From Candidatus Bruticola sp. (GTDB lineage: Bacteria; Vulcanimicrobiota; Xenobia; Xenobiales; Xenobiaceae): DNA of 23,737 bases. Shown here in pieces: positions 8,497 through 17,501 of the stretch (position 1 is the first letter of the stretch; the number at the start of each line of letters is the position of its first letter). The translations under genes were made by a program, and so were the position numbers. Where the stretch lies: assembly GCA_051874735.1 (NCBI GenBank), contig JBJEGD010000039.1, positions 1-23,737 of the forward strand, in the 5' to 3' direction. Below the pieces are notes generated by a model that was given only the letters and a program-made list of their open reading frames with translations, had not been told where the DNA came from and did not search any database.

Positions 8497-9345
8497 TTAC
8501 TCAGCCTTGTCAGAATCGGTAGACCAAGTTAAAGAGGTATCAGGACGACGCCCAGCCCAGTACGATGCACTACGCTTGCCATTCTTGGCATGGCCAAATT
8601 CGTCTTCATCGTCAGAAGCGTCGAGCTCCATATTGGCAGAGCGTTCAATGTGAATATCGGTAGGATCATGCAGCTCAGGATGATAGGCATCATTGACTAA
8701 ACTACTCATGCCATAAACAGCACTCACAGCTAAATAGGCTTGAAATACTGAAGCCACTAACCATAAAAAGAAACCGTTAAACCATAAGAAGCTTACAGAA
8801 AAAGCTAAACCACCAGCTATGGTAGCACAGAACGCATAGTAAACCCCTCCCAGTCCTGATACACGCTGCACAACATCTATAACTTTAAAGCAGTTAGATA
8901 CTTCTAAAGTTTCACTAAACAGACCAAAAGCCATACCGAAAGTAAGTGTAGCCAAAAACAAGACACAATAAACTATGCAAAAAGCTATAATGGAGGTAAA
9001 GAAAGAAGCTCCGTTGCCTCCGACAGTATTGACGATAAGGGCAGGTATACCAAAGATAAAGCACAACCCTAGCCCTAAAGCAGTGAACACCAGAACGTAA
9101 AGAAGAAGAGCAGCCGCTAGAGATACGCCTTTAAAAACGTAGTTTCCGAATTCTTCCCATTCCGGCAGAACCATATCGTCATCTTTACCCTCTATGCAGT
9201 TGCGGTACATAGCGATACAGTACCCTAGAGCCAAAATCCAACCCAATACAGGTATGAACATAGCTCCGCTAAGCAGTCCCAATTTAATCATAAATTTGGG
9301 ATCTTTGCGCATAAAGAGAAAGGAATTAACTAGCTCAGGATTCAA
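8497..9345 (-). CDS. DUF4013-like integral membrane protein
   Basis: Several TM segments. The pattern FIPVLGWILALGY...LPEWEEFGNYVFKG matches my recollection of DUF4013. TTG start with GGGAGGA RBS; acidic C-terminal tail. Confidence 0.8.
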   Translation of the reverse strand: MNPELVNSFLFMRKDPKFMIKLGLLSGAMFIPVLGWILALGYCIAMYRNCIEGKDDDMVLPEWEEFGNYVFKGVSLAAALLLYVLVFTALGLGLCFIFGIPALIVNTVGGNGASFFTSIIAFCIVYCVLFLATLTFGMAFGLFSETLEVSNCFKVIDVVQRVSGLGGVYYAFCATIAGGLAFSVSFLWFNGFFLWLVASVFQAYLAVSAVYGMSSLVNDAYHPELHDPTDIHIERSANMELDASDDEDEFGHAKNGKRSASYWAGRRPDTSLTWSTDSDKAE

Positions 9346-9556
9346 GGCAGTCCTCCCAGCCGCTCGAAACTGAAAAGTAAATCGAGCTCTTTGATAAAAA
9401 AATTATAGATGCGGGCTAACTATCCTAGACAGAAGCACCACTAAACCATTTTTATATTAAGCTGTTCTAAAGAAAGAATCTAGATAAATAGCAGTATAAA
9501 AATGATAAAAATATAAAAAAAATTTACAAATTAATACTAACTAGCCTCTAACTCAT

Positions 9557-9898
9557 TCAGCGATGCATTTTCCATCCGCCCATAGCTCCGGCAGCAAATC
9601 CGGCCATAGAAGAAGATAGTTGAGAGCCCAAATCGCTAACTAACTCTCCAGCTGCTCTAGTGCCATTTTCAATGGAGCAACAAATAGCTCCCCAATTTAC
9701 CGTTATAAATCCGGCATGAGACAGAAGAGCTAATAACAGCAGTACTGATCCTAATACTAAAAGGGCACTGCGCAGAGCCGCTTTAAGCGAGTAGCCCACA
9801 GCCATACCAGCGATAGTACCTCCGCTAAGCTGCAACAAACAGGCCTGCCAAGGAAAAACAGCCGCCCCAGCTCCAGCAGCTACACTAGTTTCATCCAT
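9557..9898 (-). CDS. FUN14-family small membrane protein
   Basis: QLSGGTIAGMAVGYSLKAALR...LSHAGFITVNW...GFAAGAMGG fits the FUN14 pattern. ATG 9898 is preferred to GTG 9913 because AGGTGGTGA lies just upstream of it. Confidence 0.8.
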   Translation of the reverse strand: MDETSVAAGAGAAVFPWQACLLQLSGGTIAGMAVGYSLKAALRSALLVLGSVLLLLALLSHAGFITVNWGAICCSIENGTRAAGELVSDLGSQLSSSMAGFAAGAMGGWKMHR

Positions 9899-9992
9899 GT
9901 TAATTATCACCACCTAAAAGAGCAGGCAGGCCCTATTATAGACCTGCCCTGACAAATATTATCTGCTATATACTACACAAAATAAAAACTAA

Positions 9993-10559
9993 CTATCTTT
10001 TCTTCCTACGCCCCTCATGCTCGTTCTTTTTACGACTGCCAGGCTCATTCTTTTTAGACCTATCAAGCGTCACTGAACGGCCGTTGACCGTAATTTGAGT
10101 CGACTGACCTCCAGTAATTTCGACATCGCTCCTGCGCACAGGACCTGATGGTATTTCTTTAACTCGACGTCCGGGACGATTTTCAAACATGACCGAGTTG
10201 ATGGAGCCACCATCAACAAATTGAGGAGCGTTGCTTCCTCTAGCATTCCAATATCCGTCTTCCGACTCAATAAAATCGACCTGGGTATTTCTATCTTGAC
10301 GATCTGATGTTTTTTTGCTGCTTCTTTTTTTAGAAGTATAATTTTTACGTTCTTTGCGATCTTTACCTGACAGCTCGGCGTCCTCAGACTGATTTTTAGC
10401 TAATAAAATATCATTAGGTCTGTCAACAAATACGGCATAAGCTTCCGCAAATGGTTGAGCAGGCTCAATGGCGTAGCAGACGCCACTTAAAGCAGCTCCC
10501 CACAAAATACTAGACGCAGTGCACAATAGCCCCCAACTGAGCAGCTTACGCTTCAGCAT
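9993..10559 (-). CDS. Hypothetical exported protein, Lys/Arg-rich
   Basis: 188 aa. Signal-peptide-like N-terminus (MLKRKLL...VCYA), GGAG/GAGGAGG upstream, no recognisable domain. Confidence 0.65.
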   Translation of the reverse strand: MLKRKLLSWGLLCTASSILWGAALSGVCYAIEPAQPFAEAYAVFVDRPNDILLAKNQSEDAELSGKDRKERKNYTSKKRSSKKTSDRQDRNTQVDFIESEDGYWNARGSNAPQFVDGGSINSVMFENRPGRRVKEIPSGPVRRSDVEITGGQSTQITVNGRSVTLDRSKKNEPGSRKKNEHEGRRKKR

Positions 10560-10918
10560 GACGTTGCTCCAACCTCCTCAACCTTCTTTCTTACAAGCAG
10601 CCGGACAATCAGCGAGCTTTCTCAAACAGAATCTCATTCCGGATGGTACATTTATACAGACATTTCAATTTAAACGGCCGAAACGCACCTAAACAGAGTT
10701 TAATAACTTCATCACATCTCAAATATCCCCTTTACTAAGTTAATATCAATATCTAAAAAGTTTACTAAGACAAAGGCCCAGCGGCAACAGCAGGAAAAAT
10801 TACTTAATTTCCCAAAAGTTTGCCGCTGTGCATGTGCTTTTCCAAGAACAATGTACCTCACCATTATTATGTCGGCACCTTTGGGGATGCCGCAATTTTG
10901 ACACAAAGCGGAGGCTTC

Positions 10919-12418
10919 ATGTTAATAAAATCGATAGCCAATCCTCCCAGCGAGTGGAAAGCAGATTTGCTGGTACTCATTTTAGACAAAAATGAGAAAT
11001 TTTTTGAGTTAGAAGATGAAAAACTCAAAGCTCAAGCAGAGGCCTTAAAAACTCAGTACGACGAAGGAAAACGCAGCGGCTCCTACTTGTTTTTTGAGCC
11101 TAGTTGCAGCGAAGATATAGGCGCAGTCTTAGCTTGCTATACCGGCGACTATAAGGGATTCAGTACGGCTGAAATTGTAAAAATATGCGTAGCTGAAGCT
11201 GTAAAATACGCTTCTAAAACTAATCGCTACCGCGTGCTCTTCGCTTTGAATAGTCCTGTAGGTTTACAATACGTAGGTAAAGCTGCTGAAGCGGCCGGTA
11301 TGGCTATGTGGTCCTTCGACCGCTACAAAAAAGAGAAAAAAGATCCCTCTGAGCAGATGGTTATTTCTTTTGCGGTCAGTGAAGAGCAACCGGCTGAAGC
11401 AGCTTTGAATGAAGGCTTAGTTTTAGCTAGTTGTGTCAATATGGCACGCAATATATGCTGTGAACCTGGCGACGTGATCAACCCTCAAACTCTCTGCGCT
11501 ATGGGCAAAGAAATTGCTGAAGAATTTGGTTACGATTTTGTCGAGTACGATGAGCCCAGACTAAAAGAAGAAGGTTTCAATGGTCATATAAAAGTAGGCA
11601 GCGGTTCTCAGTATCCTCCCTGCATGTTTGCTATAACCTATACGCCCTCAGCTAAAGCAGATCAAGAAGAAAGCAAACCATTACCCCACCTCGTTATGGT
11701 CGGCAAAGGCTTAACTTTTGATTCCGGTGGTATCAGTATAAAACCAGCCTCGAGAATGCACGAAATGAAGGGCGATATGGCCGGCGCAGCAGCGGTATTA
11801 GCAACTATGCGTGCCTTGGGAACTTTGCGTCCCAATATTAAAGTTACGGCTATAGTTTGCAGCGCAGAGAATATGCCTGATGCTAAAGCCCAGCGTCCTG
11901 GTGATATTATTGTTTATAAAAACGGCAAGTCGGTTCACGTTGAGAATACCGACGCAGAAGGGCGTTTAGTTTTAGCCGACGGGTTAATTTTGGCTGGCGA
12001 ACTGGGAGCTACTCATATAATCGATATTTGCACTTTAACTGGCGCTTGCGTGCGCGCTTTAGGTGAATCTTTTACCGGTATTATGGGAAGCAACCGCTCT
12101 TTGGTAAATGCGATTACTTTTGCTGGAGGAGTCCAAGGTGAATCTTATTGGAAACTTCCTCTGCCTTTAGAATACAAAGATATGCTCAAAACTCCCTTTG
12201 CGGATTTAAGCAACGTGGGAGGCCCCACGGCTGGAGCCATTACCGCCGGCTTATTCCTTAAAGAGTTTGTACCTGAAAATACTAGTTGGGCCCATCTGGA
12301 CATAGCCGGACCGGCCTGGCGCAGCAAAGAGTGGAAGTACTACCCTGCTGGACCTACAGGCGTAGGCGTGAGAACTCTGACCGAACTGGCCTGGCATTGG
12401 AATGAGTACTTTAAATAA
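10919..12418 (+). CDS. pepA: Leucyl aminopeptidase (peptidase M17)
   Basis: VGKGLTFDSGGISIK, MKGDMAGAA, NTDAEGRLVLAD, TLTGA and WAHLDIAG motifs. Start moved from track TTG 10820 to ATG 10919 (GGAGG RBS). Confidence 0.95.
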   Translation: MLIKSIANPPSEWKADLLVLILDKNEKFFELEDEKLKAQAEALKTQYDEGKRSGSYLFFEPSCSEDIGAVLACYTGDYKGFSTAEIVKICVAEAVKYASKTNRYRVLFALNSPVGLQYVGKAAEAAGMAMWSFDRYKKEKKDPSEQMVISFAVSEEQPAEAALNEGLVLASCVNMARNICCEPGDVINPQTLCAMGKEIAEEFGYDFVEYDEPRLKEEGFNGHIKVGSGSQYPPCMFAITYTPSAKADQEESKPLPHLVMVGKGLTFDSGGISIKPASRMHEMKGDMAGAAAVLATMRALGTLRPNIKVTAIVCSAENMPDAKAQRPGDIIVYKNGKSVHVENTDAEGRLVLADGLILAGELGATHIIDICTLTGACVRALGESFTGIMGSNRSLVNAITFAGGVQGESYWKLPLPLEYKDMLKTPFADLSNVGGPTAGAITAGLFLKEFVPENTSWAHLDIAGPAWRSKEWKYYPAGPTGVGVRTLTELAWHWNEYFK

Positions 12419-12441
12419 TAGTGCTTATTTAGCTATAACCT

Positions 12442-12489
12442 GATAAAAAATAGCGCCCAACCTCAATTAGTTGAGCGCTATTTTTTATC
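12442..12489 (+). terminator. Intrinsic terminator after pepA
   Basis: GATAAAAAATAGCGCCCAAC...GTTGAGCGCTATTTTTTATC inverted repeat with T tail. Confidence 0.8.
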
Positions 12490-12716
12490 TACTTAAATAT
12501 CAGTTAGACACTAACATACGCTATTTTTAGAGACTAAATAGTTACGAATGTTGGCTAAATGTGCTCATTCTCTTTTTGGGTTAACACTAAAGATAAAACT
12601 AGGAGTTTTTTTGCAATTGGTAAAAGAATGCCCCAAGTGTAGTTTATCTTAGGCTCGTGTTGAAATACGGTTTATTATTACCGCTTAATTATTCCTTAAA
12701 TGGAGGATACGCTTAT

Positions 12717-13844
12717 ATGTTCAATAAAACTGCAGTTAGTTTAATTACAAGCGCCTTTATACTATCTTTAGCAGTCGGCCAAGCTTTTGCAGACGATCAT
12801 TTAAATAATCAAAAGCTCAAAGAAAACAAAATTGGAGTACAATATTCTCATGCTCGTCTATCTAGCTTTAGTCACAAAGGCGATTTTATCTATATTCACC
12901 AAAATAATCCTGACTTAGAAAAAGCACGTCAAGGGTATGTCAGTGAAGTAGTAATTATCCCCATATCCAATGGCAAATTCATAGAGGATAAAATTAGACA
13001 TATCCCCATCGGAGCTCCAGTAACTAATGTAGAATACAGTATGCTGACCCCGGACCAAAAAGAATTAATAATAGTTACTCGTTCTGGAGCCACCTTCGCC
13101 CGGCTGAATATGGAAACTGGCGAAGTAAAAACCCTCTTTGCGCACGAGAGTGGTAAGCCAGGATTCCGCGCTCATCCAGAAGTTATACATATGGTCAATA
13201 ATAAAATGTTTGTCAACGGCTATTTTTACGACGACGAAGACTTTGCCGATGTTGACTGCACGGCCACTTTTGATCCTACTCAAAATGGTGTATTAGCTTT
13301 CGACCGCGTTCATGACGTGGAACTTTATGAAGCTAAACTTAAACCCAGGAATGGCGTATTTACAGATGTCGACTGTGCATTTTATGCTGCTCAAGACAAA
13401 AAAGATAAAAAATTTAAGCTTTATATTTGGAATCCGCCCACATTTAAAGAACCTACTCAGTTCGATGAAGCTGTAGAGTTTTTATCTTTCTGGGGATCGG
13501 CTAATCGCATGGCCTACACTATTGAAAAGTCCAATAACCGTTACCAGCTGGCTCTTTACGACGCCAAAACTCAGAAAAAAACAATTATTGCCGACGATAC
13601 TGCCTACCCTTATAAAAATATTTTCCTTTCTAACGACGGCAGCACCTTGCTCTGTACCGATACAGAAAACCGCGTTGGTCAGGCTAAGTTCTATTATGCC
13701 GATGAACATACAGGTTGGAAACTTAAGCCTACAGCCGATCTTGGCGATAAGACTGTGCGCTTTGGTGAAACCCGTTTAGCTGAAGACGGTAGCTACTTTG
13801 TAATTTATAGCGACCGAGGTCTCAACTTATATAAAACTAAGTAG
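12717..13844 (+). CDS. Secreted hypothetical protein, probably beta-propeller fold
   Basis: ATG 12717 with GGAGG RBS; signal peptide ending GQAFA|DD; recurring blade-like turns LTPDQKELII, LSNDGSTLL, LAEDGSYFVI. The fold is inferred. Confidence 0.7.
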   Translation: MFNKTAVSLITSAFILSLAVGQAFADDHLNNQKLKENKIGVQYSHARLSSFSHKGDFIYIHQNNPDLEKARQGYVSEVVIIPISNGKFIEDKIRHIPIGAPVTNVEYSMLTPDQKELIIVTRSGATFARLNMETGEVKTLFAHESGKPGFRAHPEVIHMVNNKMFVNGYFYDDEDFADVDCTATFDPTQNGVLAFDRVHDVELYEAKLKPRNGVFTDVDCAFYAAQDKKDKKFKLYIWNPPTFKEPTQFDEAVEFLSFWGSANRMAYTIEKSNNRYQLALYDAKTQKKTIIADDTAYPYKNIFLSNDGSTLLCTDTENRVGQAKFYYADEHTGWKLKPTADLGDKTVRFGETRLAEDGSYFVIYSDRGLNLYKTK

Positions 13845-13992
13845 TTCAGACTAATATCAAACCTGTATACTGATTTACTTAAAATTGCGTAATTTTGGGC
13901 TTTTTATTGTTCTAATAATGTAGATAGTTAGCCCAAAATTTTGCCATTAGCTCCGCTTCTTTAAGCTCTAGCTTCTAGTTGTTTTACAGCTT

Positions 13993-14039
13993 ACAAAAAA
14001 TGGCCCGAATAGAAAAATTCTATTCGGGCCATTTTTTGT
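13993..14039. terminator. Bidirectional intrinsic terminator between convergent genes
   Basis: Perfect 22-bp arms ACAAAAAATGGCCCGAATAGAA / TTCTATTCGGGCCATTTTTTGT with a 3-nt loop. Confidence 0.9.
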
Positions 14040-14082
14040 TAGTTTTAATATCAGCTTGTATTCAGATTAAAACTAAACAACC

Positions 14083-15975
14083 TTAATTGCTAGATTCAGC
14101 TTCAGCCCCCGGATTAGGCACATCGGAAGGCATTTCAACCTCCTCAGGCAGAGGAATGCTGTAATCTTCATTCGCCGACTCCGAACTTGCATCCGGAATA
14201 TTTTCTTCCACCTCCAAGGCTCCCCAATTGGCAGGCTCTTCAGAATTTGGACTTTCAGTGTTGACAGACGGAGCGGGAGCCTCATTAGAAGAGGCTTCAG
14301 GCGGAGCACCAAATTCACGTTCCGAACTAGTTACCGTACCATCATTATTTACCTGGGGATAGGCTCCGTTATCATAACTTTCATTGGCAGATGAGGAGGA
14401 TCCAGACTCATAAGTTTTAGCTTCTTCATAATAATTGTAAGTAGATGAAGGCTCCTGATAATAAGTACGATTCTCCGTTTTGGGCCTACGATATGAATTG
14501 CCAGAATCGTAAAGGCCGCAATTAACTCTGTCTTCGCCTACAATAACGGTAACATCGGCTTTACGCTTGTCATAAGGGAGTTTGTCAACTTCGTAATAAC
14601 AACTTAAAAGCAGCGATTCCAAACAGTTGCGCATAGCCACACTGCCTAAATGGTCAACTATAGTAGTTACTTCACAAGGCTCTTTAGCGGTGCCAACATT
14701 AACTACGCGGAAACCTTCGCGAGACAAATAATCGGCGATGCGCCCTTCCAGCCCTTCTTCGCTGCTGCCATTAAGCACTTCAACTCGCACATCTTCACGT
14801 TGTAAAGAAGAGGGATCTTTCAGCAATTCTAAGACGATCTTCTCGTTCATAGGAGCGTAAGGCATAATATAGCTAACACCGTTAATATCGCTGTCATCCC
14901 CGACAATAACCCCAGTTTTCATACGCTTGCGATCGAAATCTTTATAAAGGTAAGTTAAATCGAGCATATCCAATAAGCTGAAATCAGTTTCAATATTCTG
15001 TTTTACAGCCTTAACTATAGATTGGAGGCGCAACACTACCATAGGGTCCTTCAGACGCTTAATAACAGACATCATAACCTGCTGTTGACGGCGGATACGC
15101 CCTCGATCGCTTTCGGCATCCATACGGAAACGGGCATAGCCCACAGCCTGTTCTCCACGCAAAAGCTGCTCGCCGGCTTTAAGATGGATATGCAAATTGC
15201 CCCAATTGTCATCGTAGTCCATATCTTTTTCGACGTCGACCACTAAACCGCCCAGAGCATCAACTAGCTGAGAAGCGCCGCTAACTTTAATAATTACATA
15301 ATGGTGAATAGGCACTCCCAAAAATTCAGAAACGACTTTGCGGGTGAGCTTTATACCTCCGTACATATAAGCGGCGTTGATCTTGTCGTAACCGTAATCG
15401 TCACCTAAATAGACATAGCAATCACGCGGAATAGATACGACATTTAAAGTTTGACCTTTAGCGTCGATACTGACAACAAACATGGTGTCAGATCTGGCCC
15501 CTTTAGTGTAAGCTATACCTCGCGAATCGCGGTTATAGTCAATGCCCAAACAAAGAATATTCATGCGATCGCTGCCTTTAAAGGCTCGCTCGCCTGAGTA
15601 CTCACTTATCGAACTGAGTGCCTCAGAGATAAAACCAGACGCCCCTTCAGCCCCATTTTGCACCGTATCTACATAGAATAAACCAGCTACCAACAGAATC
15701 AAGCCAATTAAAACGTATAGAGTAGAAAAGCATATAAAACGTCCGGATTTAGGAATTTTCTTATACCAAGGCACAGCACGGCTCATCTTAAAATTAGGCC
15801 CCTCTATTTCATTATTATCAACACGGATGGATCCCTTAGCTTCCTCTACTTCTGCGCTCCCGCTTTTATCGAGCTCTTCAACTTGACTAGCTGACTGACG
15901 ATAAGCCCCGGGAAATACCGGCTGCCCTGATTTCGCTGAAGACCCATTTTTTGAATTATTACGAGCTTCACTCAT
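14083..15975 (-). CDS. LCP (LytR-CpsA-Psr) family glycopolymer transferase with LytR_C domain and acidic tail
   Basis: Single TM; RSDTM, SIPRD, KINAAY, YARFR, DRGRIRRQQ motifs; LytR_C-like VRVEVLNGS...GRIADYLSREGF; about 145-aa S/E/P-rich tail. Confidence 0.93.
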   Translation of the reverse strand: MSEARNNSKNGSSAKSGQPVFPGAYRQSASQVEELDKSGSAEVEEAKGSIRVDNNEIEGPNFKMSRAVPWYKKIPKSGRFICFSTLYVLIGLILLVAGLFYVDTVQNGAEGASGFISEALSSISEYSGERAFKGSDRMNILCLGIDYNRDSRGIAYTKGARSDTMFVVSIDAKGQTLNVVSIPRDCYVYLGDDYGYDKINAAYMYGGIKLTRKVVSEFLGVPIHHYVIIKVSGASQLVDALGGLVVDVEKDMDYDDNWGNLHIHLKAGEQLLRGEQAVGYARFRMDAESDRGRIRRQQQVMMSVIKRLKDPMVVLRLQSIVKAVKQNIETDFSLLDMLDLTYLYKDFDRKRMKTGVIVGDDSDINGVSYIMPYAPMNEKIVLELLKDPSSLQREDVRVEVLNGSSEEGLEGRIADYLSREGFRVVNVGTAKEPCEVTTIVDHLGSVAMRNCLESLLLSCYYEVDKLPYDKRKADVTVIVGEDRVNCGLYDSGNSYRRPKTENRTYYQEPSSTYNYYEEAKTYESGSSSSANESYDNGAYPQVNNDGTVTSSEREFGAPPEASSNEAPAPSVNTESPNSEEPANWGALEVEENIPDASSESANEDYSIPLPEEVEMPSDVPNPGAEAESSN

Positions 15976-16180
15976 TATTCATTAACCAAACCTATATAAC
16001 AGCTTAGCAGCGTTCTGTTAGAAAACTTGACGAAAGGCCCCCAAACTGCCCAAAAGAAACTGAACATTACCAAAAAATTTGCCCGATCGTTCTATAGTAG
16101 AAGTAAAAACTCTTGCTTAAAGCAAAAATTTAGGGCAATATAGGCCCTACAATTGATTTTTATCATGAAAGAAGATATCC

Positions 16181-16987
16181 ATGTCTAGACGCCCTCTAGG
16201 TCAGCATTTCTTAATAGATCGCCATATTATTGCCAAAATTATTGAGTCTGCCGACTTACATAAAGAAGACCGTGTCTTGGAAATAGGCCCTGGGCGCGGG
16301 GCTATAACTTTGGAAATGGCCTCCAAAGCTGGACACATCACTGCTGTAGAAGTTGATAAATCGCTAGCCGAGCGACTTCCTAAACTGCCCAATTTGGAAG
16401 TAATAAACGACGATTTTTTAAAACTTAATTTAGAAGAAGTACTGCGCAAAGAACTTCCGGAAAACGGACGCTGGAAGGTTGTAGCCAACTTACCTTACTA
16501 TATAACTACTCCTATTATTGAAAAGTTGCTCGTCGAAGGCCACCCCTTTATAGATCGCATGATTATTATGATCCAAAAAGAAGTGGCTGATAGAATTCAA
16601 AGCTTAGCCTGCCGTAACAGCAGTGCTCTAAGTTATTTTGTGGGCTGCTACGCGCAAGCTAAAACCTTATTTCATGTCAAACCTGGTTCTTTTAATCCTC
16701 CTCCTCAGGTCGATTCTAGTGTTATGTCTCTGAATATTTACAGACAGCCGCCAATAAAATCGCCTATAAAGCTAGTTCTATCCCTTACTAGAGCTGCTTT
16801 TAATGTTCGGCGCAAAACTTTGCGCAAATCGTTAAAGGGTATAGCAGCTTCTATGAACGCAGACTTGGAAGAATCATTCCAATTGAGCGGTTTGGAAGGT
16901 AACAGCCGACCGGAAGAGCTTACTTTGGAGCAATTTTCCGATTTAGCCGCAGCTCTACAGCGTACTTCTGCGGCCAATTGTCACTAA
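16181..16987 (+). CDS. rsmA: 16S rRNA m6,2A dimethyltransferase (KsgA)
   Basis: LGQHFL, VLEIGPGRG, VANLPYYITTP, MIQKEVA, F.PPPQVDS, RRKTL, RPEELT motifs. Confidence 0.97.
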   Translation: MSRRPLGQHFLIDRHIIAKIIESADLHKEDRVLEIGPGRGAITLEMASKAGHITAVEVDKSLAERLPKLPNLEVINDDFLKLNLEEVLRKELPENGRWKVVANLPYYITTPIIEKLLVEGHPFIDRMIIMIQKEVADRIQSLACRNSSALSYFVGCYAQAKTLFHVKPGSFNPPPQVDSSVMSLNIYRQPPIKSPIKLVLSLTRAAFNVRRKTLRKSLKGIAASMNADLEESFQLSGLEGNSRPEELTLEQFSDLAAALQRTSAANCH

Positions 16988-16988
16988 A

Positions 16989-17039
16989 AAGCTAAAGAGC
17001 TGAAACTCTCTTCCCCCGAGAGCTTCAGCTCTTTAGCTT
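16989..17039. terminator. Long hairpin terminator between convergent rsmA and exbD
   Basis: AAGCTAAAGAGCTGAA-A-CTCTC / GAGAG-C-TTCAGCTCTTTAGCTT. The T tail is better on the minus strand. Confidence 0.85.
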
Positions 17040-17072
17040 ATCTGCTCTTAATGTAATAAAACAAGGAATTTT

Positions 17073-17501
17073 TTATTCAGCTACTAGCACTACCTTATCC
17101 AAACCAGCTTGTTTAGCGGCATCTATGGCCATAATAACCGTGCCGTAGGGAGTTTTACTGGCTGCTCTGACAGCCGCTTTGTCTGTACCTTTCTTCGTTT
17201 GATAAAGCTTAAGACGCGCAACCAACGAAGTATGGGGCACAGGCTTCTTTTCTTCCTGAACATAAATATTACTCTTATCATCTATACTCATAACTACAGT
17301 ATCGTTAACGACATTCAAATTAGCCTGAGCAGATCCTAAAGGTAAGTTCATATTAAACGCTGTCTGAGCCGCAGCAGTAGCTGTTACTAAAAAGATAATC
17401 AGCAAGACCAAAAGCACATCGGTCAGAGGAGTAATATTTATGTCGCCCATTACAGCGGCCTGATCGCTGTCGGAGAGCCTGAATTTGCGCTTTTTAGCCA
17501 C
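17073..17501 (-). CDS. exbD: ExbD/TolR family protein (second copy)
   Basis: DINITPLTDVLLVLLIIFLVTA with the essential Asp; VRAASKTPYGTV...AKQAG. The GTG start abuts the upstream TAA. Confidence 0.9.
   Translation of the reverse strand: MAKKRKFRLSDSDQAAVMGDINITPLTDVLLVLLIIFLVTATAAAQTAFNMNLPLGSAQANLNVVNDTVVMSIDDKSNIYVQEEKKPVPHTSLVARLKLYQTKKGTDKAAVRAASKTPYGTVIMAIDAAKQAGLDKVVLVAE

Noticed and set aside
10820-10918. ORF-track N-terminal extension of pepA (likewise 12657-12716, 23459-23479, 9899-9913)
   Set aside because: Downstream ATGs have clear Shine-Dalgarno sequences, and the extensions lack protein-like conservation.
12519-12528. CGCTATTTTT repeat of the pepA terminator right arm, a possible antiterminator
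   Set aside because: It lies downstream of the termination point, so it cannot compete co-transcriptionally; short and AT-rich.
13891-13940. 11-bp inverted repeat AATTTTGGGCT / AGCCCAAAATT with a 28-nt spacer, a possible MITE or operator
   Set aside because: Single copy, no target-site duplication, and located in a 3' UTR before a strong terminator; most simply an mRNA-stabilising hairpin.
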